Assembly: GCA_963750165.1 (NCBI GenBank)
Contig: CAVVPN010000003.1
Coordinates: 608,001 to 672,000 of the forward strand
DNA from: an uncultured Gemmataceae bacterium
GTDB taxonomy: Bacteria > Planctomycetota > Planctomycetia > Gemmatales > Gemmataceae
Direction of reading: 5' to 3'
DNA: 64,000 nucleotides
Shown: positions 1 through 12,804 of the stretch, one piece after another
How the letters are laid out: each line of letters opens with the position of its first letter
Position numbering within the stretch: the first letter of the stretch is position 1
Made by a program: the position numbers and the translations under genes
The notes under the pieces: model-generated
The model's database searches: none
What the model saw: only the letters and a program-made list of their open reading frames with translations
What the model was told of the DNA's origin: nothing

Positions 1-1209
1 AGCGCCAAACCGGCCGGCAAGGCGGTCAAGGCGCTGCGCCTCCGCCCGGCCGCCGACCTGAAGCACCCCCTGGTCGTGCGCGAAATCGCCCTCGAATCGA
101 CGCCGGCCGTGACGGTGTTCAAGTACCCGGTCGAGTTCGTCGTGGATGTGCGCAACGCGCCGGACCTGAAGGAATGGGCCGAGAAGGTGGCCCGGCTCTG
201 CGAACGCTGGTATCCGCTCATCAACGAGGAACTCAAGAGCGAGGGTTACAAACCGCCGACCGTGGTGACAATGGCGCTCAAGAGCAATTACAAGGGCGTG
301 GCGGCGGCGGGCGGCGGCCGCATCACCGGCTCGGTGAGCTACTTCAAGAAGCGGCCCGGCGACGTGGGGGCGATGATTCACGAGACAGTCCACATCGTGC
401 AGCAGTACCGGACGCGCGGCAACCCGGGCTGGCTGGTCGAGGGCATCGCCGACTACATCCGCTTCTTCAAGTACGAGCCAGGCAAGATCGGCAAAATCAA
501 CCCGGCGACGGCCAAATACAACGGCAGCTACCGCGTCAGCGCCGCCTTCCTGGCGTACCTGACCGAGAAGTACGACCGCGACATCGTGCGCAAGCTCAAC
601 AAGATGATGCGCGAGGGCGAGTACAACGAGGCCGTCTTCAAAAAGCTGACCAAGAAAACCCTCCCGGAACTGGGCAAGGAGTGGCAGCAGTCGCTGCGCG
701 CCCGAAGGATGCGGCGGCGCGGGCTGACCGCGCCGCCTTCGTGGGGCACGTGGCCTGGCTCTCCCGAACCGTGGAGGATCGACACGGCCTGGGAGAGCCG
801 TGCGCTGGTGGTCGGGGGCCTTGAACCGCCCCAGCGGAGGAGGCAACACCATCCGCAAAGGCTTGCGCGAGTTGACGCGAAGCGGTTTGCGGCAAAGGTC
901 TCCGCGCCGCCGATGCCGGACGCTGTGCCGCAGCGCTTCGCGGCGTGCAGTGCCAGCGGTTGGATGGCACTGCACGGCTCGCGGTGGCGAAGCCTGACCG
1001 AGCAAGGGGGCCAAGGAGGCCAAGGGGGCCAACTTTTTCACACGTCGAGAGTTGGCGCCCTGGCCCCGTGGAGATGGCACGGCGCGACAAAAAACGGCGG
1101 CAGTTGCCACAGCAAGAACGCCAAGGACGCCAAGAACGCCAACTTTTTCACACGTCGAGATCTCGGCACCCCCGGAGACTCAATCGACCGGTTCCGGCTG
1201 CATGGGTGA
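1..1209 (+). CDS. Basic secretory protein (BSP)-like zinc peptidase, 5'-partial; true C-terminus probably near 710
   Basis: Frame is open from base 1; HETVH (HExxH) motif followed by EGIADYIR. Protein-like composition ends at ~KEWQQSLR (~700), after which the ORF reads through repeat-rich, non-coding-looking DNA. Confidence 0.75.
   Translation, partial: SAKPAGKAVKALRLRPAADLKHPLVVREIALESTPAVTVFKYPVEFVVDVRNAPDLKEWAEKVARLCERWYPLINEELKSEGYKPPTVVTMALKSNYKGVAAAGGGRITGSVSYFKKRPGDVGAMIHETVHIVQQYRTRGNPGWLVEGIADYIRFFKYEPGKIGKINPATAKYNGSYRVSAAFLAYLTEKYDRDIVRKLNKMMREGEYNEAVFKKLTKKTLPELGKEWQQSLRARRMRRRGLTAPPSWGTWPGSPEPWRIDTAWESRALVVGGLEPPQRRRQHHPQRLARVDAKRFAAKVSAPPMPDAVPQRFAACSASGWMALHGSRWRSLTEQGGQGGQGGQLFHTSRVGALAPWRWHGATKNGGSCHSKNAKDAKNANFFTRRDLGTPGDSIDRFRLHG
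1005..1160. repeat. Two 23-bp direct repeats (GCCAACTTTTTCACACGTCGAGA), each preceded by 9-bp tandem units
   Basis: Identical copies at 1028-1050 and 1138-1160, preceded by ggggccaag/gaggccaag and aagaacgcc/aaggacgcc units. Confidence 0.85.
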
Positions 1210-1379
1210 CTTGACCAATTCCGTACCGATCGACACGATGTCCCTGGGACAGCCGGGAGTGCAGTCGAGTGAGATCCGACGCATTCTGGCTTCTGGGGGG
1301 AGGTGGGTCCATGATGGGAAGGTGAGGTTTACGAAGCCATGACACGTTTCCGAGCCCTGCTGAAAGAAGGAGGTCGCCG

Positions 1380-1940
1380 GTGGCCCCAGAACCCGACCCG
1401 GATCTCCTGGAGCGCTTCCGCCCGTACCTGCACCTGCTAGCCCGGCTGCAGCTGGGGACCGGCCTGCGCGCGAAGCTCGACGCCTCCGACATGGTGCAGC
1501 AGACGTTCCTGCAAGCCTGGCGAGCGCTGCCGCAGTTCCGCGGTACCACCGACGCCGAGTGGGCCGCCTGGCTGCGCCAGATCCTCGCCCGCACCCTGGC
1601 GCACGCCGTGCGCGATCTCGGCCGCGACAAGCGCGACCCCCAGCGCGAACGCTCCCTGGAGGCGGCCGTCCACGAATCGTCTGCCCGCCTGGAAGCGTGG
1701 CTGGCGGCGGAGCAGTCGTCGCCGAGCGAACGGGCCGACCGCAATGAACAGGTGGTGCGCCTGGCCGCGGTCCTGGCGGAACTGCCAGAGGCCCAGGCGG
1801 AAGCCATCGTGCTGCACTACTGGCAGGGCCGCACGGTCGCGGACATCGCCGGCCTGCTGAACCGCACGCCCGCGGCGGTGGCCGGGCTACTCAAGCGCGG
1901 GCTGCAAGCATTGCGCAAGCGACTGCTCGAACCGGAGTAA
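1380..1940 (+). CDS. ECF RNA polymerase sigma-70 factor, planctomycete kinase-associated type
   Basis: Region 2 (LERFRPYL...DASDMVQQTF...WLRQIL), region 4 HTH (LHYWQGRTVADIAGLL...VAGLLKRG); AAGGAGG RBS before the GTG start. Confidence 0.93.
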   Translation: MAPEPDPDLLERFRPYLHLLARLQLGTGLRAKLDASDMVQQTFLQAWRALPQFRGTTDAEWAAWLRQILARTLAHAVRDLGRDKRDPQRERSLEAAVHESSARLEAWLAAEQSSPSERADRNEQVVRLAAVLAELPEAQAEAIVLHYWQGRTVADIAGLLNRTPAAVAGLLKRGLQALRKRLLEPE

Positions 1941-2149
1941 CGTCGCGGGTGAGACGCCCTCGTGGTTGACCGTTGTGGATGGATAGAGATTCTGCGGCCC
2001 TTCTGAAGCAAGAAGGGGGGTCTGTGAGATGATACGAGACGAAGGCGGCACTACAAACAAAGAACCCCGAGGACGTCCTCTTTCCGCCACAACCTTTAAG
2101 GAGACACCAACCAGCGCGAGCGCTGCCGCATTTTTTTCGCGCCCCGTTG

Positions 2150-2254
2150 CGCTGCCCACGGGCTCCTTATCGAACAGGGAGATCGCCGATGGCCCCAGCC
2201 CCCAGCCCGGGCCCCCTGGCGTAACTGCACGAACAGCTTCTCGAACCGGAGTAG
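2150..2254 (+). pseudogene. Decayed 3' end of a second ECF sigma factor
   Basis: Encodes [10 protein letters not shown] (region 4 HTH-like) and, in another frame, LHEQLLEPE*. The 14-mer CTCGAACCGGAGTA at 2240-2253 is identical to 1926-1939 at the end of the intact sigma gene. Confidence 0.55.
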
Positions 2255-2258
2255 CGAC

Positions 2259-6381
<4,123 letters not shown>

Positions 6382-6390
6382 GAGCAGGGT

Positions 6391-6456
6391 TGGTCGGAGC
6401 CCGAGCGCCAGTGAGGGTGAGGCGGCTAACCCGCGCTGGCGCTCGGGCTCCGACCA
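6391..6456. repeat. REP-like palindrome, family A (GAGCCCGAGCGCCAG core)
   Basis: Perfect 21-bp arms at 6391-6411 and 6436-6456, between convergent genes. Confidence 0.85.
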
Positions 6457-6838
6457 GGAACAATTCAGCCCTCCTTGCCGCGGGGCGGCACGGGCGCGGG
6501 CGGGGCACCGACCCGGGCGAGCCGCGCCAGTTCGCGCAACTTGTCGGTCAGGTCCTTGGCGATGTTGGACCGCTTGAGGAACAGCAGTGCGAAGGGGGTA
6601 TCGACCAGCGGGCCAAAATTGGGGCGAGGTTTTTCTTGCCAGCTACCGTCGGCCTGTTGTTCCGCCATCACGATGGGGTAACCCCAGTCGTACCAGTTCT
6701 TGCCGCCGATCTCTTCCTTCGAGTAAACCACGCCGAGCCGTTCCAGCGTCCACAGGAAATACAGGTCGCCCCAGGCGTCGGCGTCGAAGATTGACCCGCC
6801 GTAGCCAAACCCGGAACCGGCGCCGGGGTCTTTTTTTT

Positions 6839-8435
6839 CTAGGACAGCAAAGCCGGCTGGAGCAGTTTTTCCTCCAACTGTTGGAGGAACGCCCGGGGAT
6901 TGCGACGGAACCGTGTGCGGTTGACTCGGCGGCGGCGGCGGGACTCCAGGTGTTGGCGGAGTTCCGCCTGCCTGACCGGGTCTGCCTCCGCCAACTCTTC
7001 CGCTGTGTAGACGTGCTGCCGGGTCGCCGCGGCCGCCAACACGCGGGCCTCCCCACGGAGCACCAGACTCGGGGACGCCCCCGTGCGGCCGCTGGCCCGG
7101 CGCTCGTGGTAGCGATGGCTGCCGAAGAACTGCTCCAGGTCGTTGTTCGTCCGCGGTAGGTCCGCGACGGCGTAGCAGTGGAACAGCCCCGGCCAGTAGC
7201 TCCGGGTGACCTTCACGAAGTGCTCGACCCCGCTCGCCAGCGCCCCGACCAGCCCGCGGTGGCGGGTCATCGCCCCGAGCAGACCACCCAGGCGCTGCCG
7301 CACGGCTGGGGCCACCCCGGGGCCGTGTTCGCCCAGCAGGTGCGCCGCCTGCCAGACCCAGGCGAAGGCCACGCGCACCGGGGGCCACAGCGGCGCCGTG
7401 GCCGCCAACGCCGCCACGAGCAGCAGCCTCAGCCGGACGAGTTCTTTCGGGAGCCCCTTTTTTCGGCCACCCCGTCCAGGCTGGCCACCACGGCGCTCAG
7501 GCGGTCGTGGAGTTTCAGCCCGGACGCTTCCAGGGGCGGCCGGCCGTCGTCGGTCACGGCACTGCGGACCGCGTCGCAGTACCCCTGGATGGCCTGGGCC
7601 TCGGGGTCGGTGCGGCCCTCCACCTGGCGCTCGAGGGGCCGCACGCCGCGGACGCGCTTCTTGAGTTCCTTCTTGGCGTGGCGGTCGGCCTCGTAGATGG
7701 GCCGGGCGGCTTCGCGGAGGTAGTGGAAGTGGCAGAGTTGGTGCGGCACGCCGGGCAAGGCTTCGGCCACGGCCTTGCGGATGGAGTGCTGGCCGTCGGA
7801 GACCACCCCGGTGATCGGCACCGCCAGGCCGTCGCGCACCTGGCCGATGAGTTCGGCCAGGTCCTGCTGCCGGCTGGACAACAGGCTGCGCGCAGCAGGA
7901 CGGTGCCGGAGAGGCAGTCGCGCAACACCCAGAGCACCTCGTGGCCGACGTCGGGCTGCAGGCCGTCGATGGCCAGGATGACGCGGCCCTGCGCGGCCAG
8001 CAACCCGCGCAGGCGGCCGGCGTCGGTCAGGGTGACGGCCAGCAGTTCGTCGTAGCGCTCCAGGAGGTTGGTGACCGTCCGCTCGGCGATGGCCAGGCCC
8101 CGGGCGACCAGGTGCTGGTGGATCTCGGGGACGGAGCGGTGCTCGGCGTAGCGGAGGGCGCCGAGGTGGGCGATGACGTCCAGGCCGAACTCGTGCTGGG
8201 GCAGGGCGTGGCGGCCCTCGGCCTCGGGCCGGTAGGGCTGCAGGTGGCGTGGGCAGTCGGCGGTGTGGCAGCGGCGGATGTGGAGCACCAGCCGTGTCAG
8301 GCCCAGCAGGGTGACGACGGTGCGGTCGTTCCGGTAGTCGGACCACATCCGTCGGTGGCAGGCGGGGCAGTCCTGGTACAAGGCGTCCAGGTGTTGGGTG
8401 AAGGTGGGTTCGGGGCGGGGCGCCTTCCTGGCCAT
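6839..8435 (-). CDS. Transposase with probable programmed -1 frameshift at ~7457-7463 and an extra 1-bp lesion at ~7891
   Basis: N-terminal CxxC zinc motif, LAIDGLQ, VVSDGQ, HQLCHFHYL, RTNNDLEQFFG. A6G slippery site at the junction of the two ORFs; TAG stop lies inside the TIR. Confidence 0.88.
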
Positions 8436-8617
8436 GGCAAGCTCCTGGGTTGGGGGGCTTTGCTACGCAACTCGTTTTTCGCGGTACGCCTCGGTAACGT
8501 TCCGTGACGAACGGGACCAACCGCGGGACGAAATTACATTACGTATCAAAGCCGGGTTGGGGCGCTAAAGCGTAACCCAAACCCAGGTTAGCTGTCTAGC
8601 CGGCTTTGCTGTCCTAG
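6839..8617 (-). mobile_element. Insertion sequence, 1779 bp, with DDE transposase (Mutator/IS256-like motifs; ISNCY-type) and 20-bp perfect TIRs
   Basis: TIR CTAGGACAGCAAAGCCGGCT at 6839-6858 and its reverse complement at 8598-8617; T8 on both flanks (6831-6838, 8618-8625); splits a host gene. Confidence 0.93.
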
Positions 8618-9877
8618 TTTTTTTTCCGGCCAATCGTCCGGGCCACGAAGGCAAATGCCTTGTCCACGTCGGCCCGCTTCTGGCCGGCCACCGGGGGGCG
8701 CGGGCTGGGCGTGAATTCCCTGTCCTCCAGCAGTGCCTTTTCGATCGCCAGCGCGATCAGGCCGGCGCAGGTGCTGGTGGCCTTGAGGCTGACGCGGGGG
8801 TAGTTCCACGAGCCGTCGGGGTTCTGCTCCCGGTGAAAATACGCCGCCAGCGCCAGCAAGGGTTCGCGCACCGGCACGCCGTGCTTGCGGGCGCCCCAGA
8901 CCGCCAGCATGGCGAACTGGGTGTTGGACAGGGACACGCCCCCTCCTATCACGGGGCCGTTCGGCTTGTAGGTGCCGTCGCGCAGGGCCGTCAGGAGTTT
9001 GGCTTCCTGGTCCGGCGACATGATGCCGCTGCCGTAGGACCAGATGCCGCTGGCCGTTTGCCCGGCGATGAGGCGCAGGGCCAGGGTCCGGGCCGTCGCG
9101 CGGTCCTTCTCGTCCAGGGGCTGGCTCTCGTGCCAGCGGTTCAGGAAGAACAGGGACGCGGCCAGGTCATAAACCTGATCCATCCCGGGTGCCGCACCCC
9201 GAATGATCTGGGCGATGCGCAGCACGGCCGGGTCGTCCGCGGGCACGTCACACTCCAGCAGGGCCAGGCCGTTCAGGCCGGCGTAGCCGGCGCTCTTGGT
9301 CTCCAGTTCCGGCAGCTTTGTCTTGATGAACGCCACCCCCCTGTCCACGGCGGGCTGCACGATCTTGATGCGCGGGTCGGGTGGCGGCGGGGGCGGGATC
9401 GGCGGCGCTGGCGGGCTCTGCTGATTCGTGGTGCCAGGCACCGGCTCCGGCTCGGCCTGGGGCGACGCCTGGCTGAACAGGATCGCCGCGACGACCAGAC
9501 CGCTGACGAGCACGACGCCAACGCCGGACAGCAACAGGATTGGCGCCAGCGGCCGGCGCGGCGCCGGCGGGGCGGCCGGTGACGACTCGACCGGTAGGGC
9601 GGCGGGCGGCGGTGCGGGCGCCGCGGCGGGTGGCGGCCCGGCGGCAACGGGGCTGGCCCTGGCGGCAATCTTGAAGGTCAACCGGCAGTGCGGGCAGGTC
9701 ATGGCGGCCGGCGGCGGTTGGGGGATGATGAGTGGCGCGGCGCACTTCGGGCAGGCGGGGGGCGGCATGGGCTACTACTACGGGACGGGAAATTGATCGC
9801 AGACTGCATGCGATATTACCCCCCGCGGGGAGGCGCTACAAGCACCAATTCCTGGTCGTGGTTGCAGGCGTTAGCCC

Positions 9878-9920
9878 GACGCGCCAGCGAGGGGAGAGGC
9901 CCTTCCCTCGCTGGCGCGTC
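9878..9920. repeat. REP-like palindrome related to family A
   Basis: 16-bp arms GACGCGCCAGCGAGGG / CCCTCGCTGGCGCGTC. Confidence 0.8.
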
Positions 9921-9935
9921 TAACGATTCCCCAGC

Positions 9936-11207
9936 CTAGCGCTTGCCGATGCAGTACAGGTACAGGTCGGTGCGCAGCAGCAGTTCGCCGCCGCTGACGG
10001 CGATGGAGGCGTTGGTGCGGCTCTTGTCGTCCGCGAAGACGTTGTGGGCCAGCGGCTCGAACTTCGGCCGGCATGCCACGACGTAAGTACCGTTTTGCTT
10101 CGAGACGATGTACAGGTTGCCGCCGGCCAGCACCGGCGACGCCCAGATCTGGCCCGCCGCTGGCTTGAGCCGTTCGCTGTAGACGAACTTGCCGGTCGCC
10201 GCCTCCTGGCAGTGCAGCAGGCCGCCGCCGTCGCTGGGCCAGTACAGGTAGCCCTCGTGGTAGATCGGCGAGGGCACGTTGGAGCCCTTCTTGTTGATCC
10301 GCCACAGGACGTGCGTTTTGGTCACATCGCCGCGGCCGCCGGCCTTGATCGCGAAGATGGCGCTGCCGCCGCCGGTGCCGTAGATGACGCCGTCGTGCGC
10401 CACCACACTCGGGCAAACGTAGCGGTGGACGCCCTCGGCCTTCCACAGTTCCTTGCCGGTGTCCGGGTTGAAGCCTTTCAGCCAGTTCGGCACGCTGAGC
10501 ACCAGTTCGGTTTCGCCGTTGGCCTTCACCAGGATGGGCGTGTCCCAGGTTTCGTTGATGCCAGGTGTGCGCCACCGTTCCTTGCCGGTCAGCCTGTCCA
10601 GGGCGACAAGGGCGTTGCTCTCGCTGCTGGCGTTGACGATCAGCATGTCCTTGTAGAGCATCGGCGACGCCGCCGAACCCCACCGATCGTGGACCTTCTT
10701 GCCGACGCTGACGTGCCAGAGCTCCTTGCCGTCCAGGTTGAAGCAATACACGCCTGACTTGCCAAAGAACACGTACAGCCGCTCGCCGTCCGAAATGGGC
10801 GTGCTGGAGCTGTAGCCGTGGTACGAGCCCTCGCCCTTGTACACGTGCTCCGGCAGCTCCGCCGCGAATTCCTTCGCCCACAGGACGTTGCCGCTGCGCT
10901 GATCGACGCAGAGCAGGTGCCGCTTCAGGTCGTCCATGTTGCCGGGCTTTTTCGTGTCCAGGGCGTAGCCGGAGTAGCACGTCACGAAGACGCGGTTGCC
11001 GACCACTACCGGACTGCTCGAACCCGGCCCCGGCAGCCTGGTCTTCCAGAGAAGGTTCTGCTGCGCGGACCATTCGACCGGCAGACCTTTTTCGTTGCTG
11101 ACGCCCTGGCCGTCCGGGCCGCGGAACTGCCGCCAGTCCGCGGACGTGGCGTTACACACTCCGAACAGCACGAGCAGGACGAACGCGGTGCGACGCTGGC
11201 GTTGCAT
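9936..11207 (-). CDS. PQQ-binding-like beta-propeller repeat protein (BamB-like), secreted
   Basis: Signal peptide then ADWRQFRGPDGQG, LLWKTRLPGPGSSSPVV and repeated GKELW/SP motifs. Confidence 0.9.
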   Translation of the reverse strand: MQRQRRTAFVLLVLFGVCNATSADWRQFRGPDGQGVSNEKGLPVEWSAQQNLLWKTRLPGPGSSSPVVVGNRVFVTCYSGYALDTKKPGNMDDLKRHLLCVDQRSGNVLWAKEFAAELPEHVYKGEGSYHGYSSSTPISDGERLYVFFGKSGVYCFNLDGKELWHVSVGKKVHDRWGSAASPMLYKDMLIVNASSESNALVALDRLTGKERWRTPGINETWDTPILVKANGETELVLSVPNWLKGFNPDTGKELWKAEGVHRYVCPSVVAHDGVIYGTGGGSAIFAIKAGGRGDVTKTHVLWRINKKGSNVPSPIYHEGYLYWPSDGGGLLHCQEAATGKFVYSERLKPAAGQIWASPVLAGGNLYIVSKQNGTYVVACRPKFEPLAHNVFADDKSRTNASIAVSGGELLLRTDLYLYCIGKR

Positions 11208-11258
11208 GGGAATGCCCCCCGGCATTGACACGGTGGATGGAAAAACGGTGGGTTCGGT

Positions 11259-12728
11259 TCAGGCGAGCAGGGTCTCAATCGGGTGGGCCAGTTCCACGCC
11301 GGTCAGGCGCTGGTCGAGGCCCTGGAAACGGAAGGTAAAGCGCTCGTGGTCGATGCCCAGGCAGCGCAGCACCGTGGCGTACAGGTCCAGGACACTCGCC
11401 GGATGTTCGACGATGTTGTAACTGAAGTCGTCGGTCTCGCCGTACACCTGGCCGCCCTTGATGCCACCGCCGGCCAGCCACATGCAGAAGTTGCGCGGGT
11501 GGTGGTCGCGGCCGTAGTTGTTCGGCGTCAGCGTCCCCTGCGAGTACACCGTGCGGCCGAACTCGCCGCCCCAGACCACCAGCGTCTCGTCGAGCAGGCC
11601 GCGCCGCTTCAGGTCCAGCAACAGCGCCCCGGTAGCGCGGTCGGTGTCGGCACATTGGTTGCCGAGCGCCTGCGGCAGATTGCCGTGCTGGTCCCAGCCG
11701 CGGTGCAGAATCTGCACCACACGCACGCCCCGCTCCACCAGCCGCCGCGCCAGCAGCGCACTGTGCGCGAAGGTGCCGGGCGTGCGCGCCTGCGGGCCGT
11801 ACAGGTCCAGCACGTTCTGCGGCTCGTTGCGGAGATCGACCAGGTCCGGCACACTGGTCTGCATGCGGAAAGCCATTTCGTACTGGGCGATGCGCGTCTG
11901 CGTCTCGGGATCGCCGAAACGCTCGAAGTTGCGCTGGTTGAGCTGGTTGAGGGCGTCGAGCATGGCGCGGCGGTCCTGGGTGGAGACGCCGGGCGGGTTC
12001 TGCACATAGAGGACCGGGTCGCCGGTGCCGCGCAGCGCGACGCCGTTGAAGCGGCCGGGCAGGAAGCCGGACGACCACATGCGTGTGAACAGCGCCTGAC
12101 CGTTGCCGCTCTGCGGGAAACGCGGCGTGAACACGACAAACGCGGGCAGGTCATTGCTCTCGCTGCCGAGGCCGTACGCCAGCCACGAGCCGATGCTGGC
12201 CTTGCCGGGCACCTCGCTGCCGGTCATGACGAAGGTGCATGCCGGGTCGTGGTTGATGGCGTTGGTGTGGACGGTCTTGACCAGTGCGATGTCATCGACC
12301 ATGCGGGCGGTGTACGGAAGCAGTTCGCTGACCCAGGTGCCGCAGCGGCCGTGGCGCGTGAACTTGAACTTCGACGGTGCCACCGGGAAGCGGCCCTGGC
12401 CGCTGGTCATGGTGGTGAGGCGCTGGCCCATGCGGACGCTGTCGGGCAGCTGCTGGTTGAAGTGGCGCTGCAACTGCGGTTTGTAGTCCCACAGGTCCAG
12501 CTGGGCGGGGCCGCCGTTCATGTGCAGGTAGATGAGCGCCCTGGCCCGCGGCGGGAAGTGCGGCAGGCCCGGCAGCGGCGGATGCACGCGGGCCGGTGCT
12601 GGTTGCTGAGCGCTGGCGGCGCGGCCGCCCGCCAGCATGGCCATTGCGAGGCCGCCGAGGCGCAGGCCGGTGTGGCCAAAGAACTGCCGGCGCGTCTGGT
12701 GCAGGTGATAGTCAAACAGGGGATTCAT
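11259..12728 (-). CDS. DUF1501 family protein (sulfatase-like fold, Tat-like leader)
   Basis: TRRQFF leader, [34 protein letters not shown]. Confidence 0.92.
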   Translation of the reverse strand: MNPLFDYHLHQTRRQFFGHTGLRLGGLAMAMLAGGRAASAQQPAPARVHPPLPGLPHFPPRARALIYLHMNGGPAQLDLWDYKPQLQRHFNQQLPDSVRMGQRLTTMTSGQGRFPVAPSKFKFTRHGRCGTWVSELLPYTARMVDDIALVKTVHTNAINHDPACTFVMTGSEVPGKASIGSWLAYGLGSESNDLPAFVVFTPRFPQSGNGQALFTRMWSSGFLPGRFNGVALRGTGDPVLYVQNPPGVSTQDRRAMLDALNQLNQRNFERFGDPETQTRIAQYEMAFRMQTSVPDLVDLRNEPQNVLDLYGPQARTPGTFAHSALLARRLVERGVRVVQILHRGWDQHGNLPQALGNQCADTDRATGALLLDLKRRGLLDETLVVWGGEFGRTVYSQGTLTPNNYGRDHHPRNFCMWLAGGGIKGGQVYGETDDFSYNIVEHPASVLDLYATVLRCLGIDHERFTFRFQGLDQRLTGVELAHPIETLLA

Positions 12729-12754
12729 CGTCGATGTCCTTGTTGCGCGTCCGA

Positions 12755-12802
12755 TCCGAGCCCGAGCGCCAGCGAGGGCCCTCGCTGGCGCTCGGGCTTG
12801 GA
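12755..12802. repeat. REP-like palindrome, family A
   Basis: TCCGAGCCCGAGCGCCAGCGAG-GGCC-CTCGCTGGCGCTCGGGCTTGGA. Confidence 0.85.
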
Positions 12803-12804
12803 CA

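Larger units (their letters stand above)
6465..9768 (-). pseudogene. Zinc-ribbon/Pro-rich/TM protein with prenyltransferase/squalene-cyclase-type QW repeats, interrupted by an IS
   Basis: 5' part (9768-8618): CPKC..CPHC, TM helix, AVDRGVAFIK, QTASGIWSY, QNPDGSWNY, ending ARTIGRKK. 3' part (6838-6465) resumes KDPGAG...YFLWTLER...QQADGSW...FALLFL. Confidence 0.85.

Noticed and set aside
1005..1160. Possible mini CRISPR array
   Set aside because: Only two repeats, 87-bp spacer, no cas genes in the window.
6465..9768. True squalene-hopene cyclase
   Set aside because: QW-like repeats are present but no DxDD catalytic motif, and the architecture is zinc ribbon-TM-single barrel.
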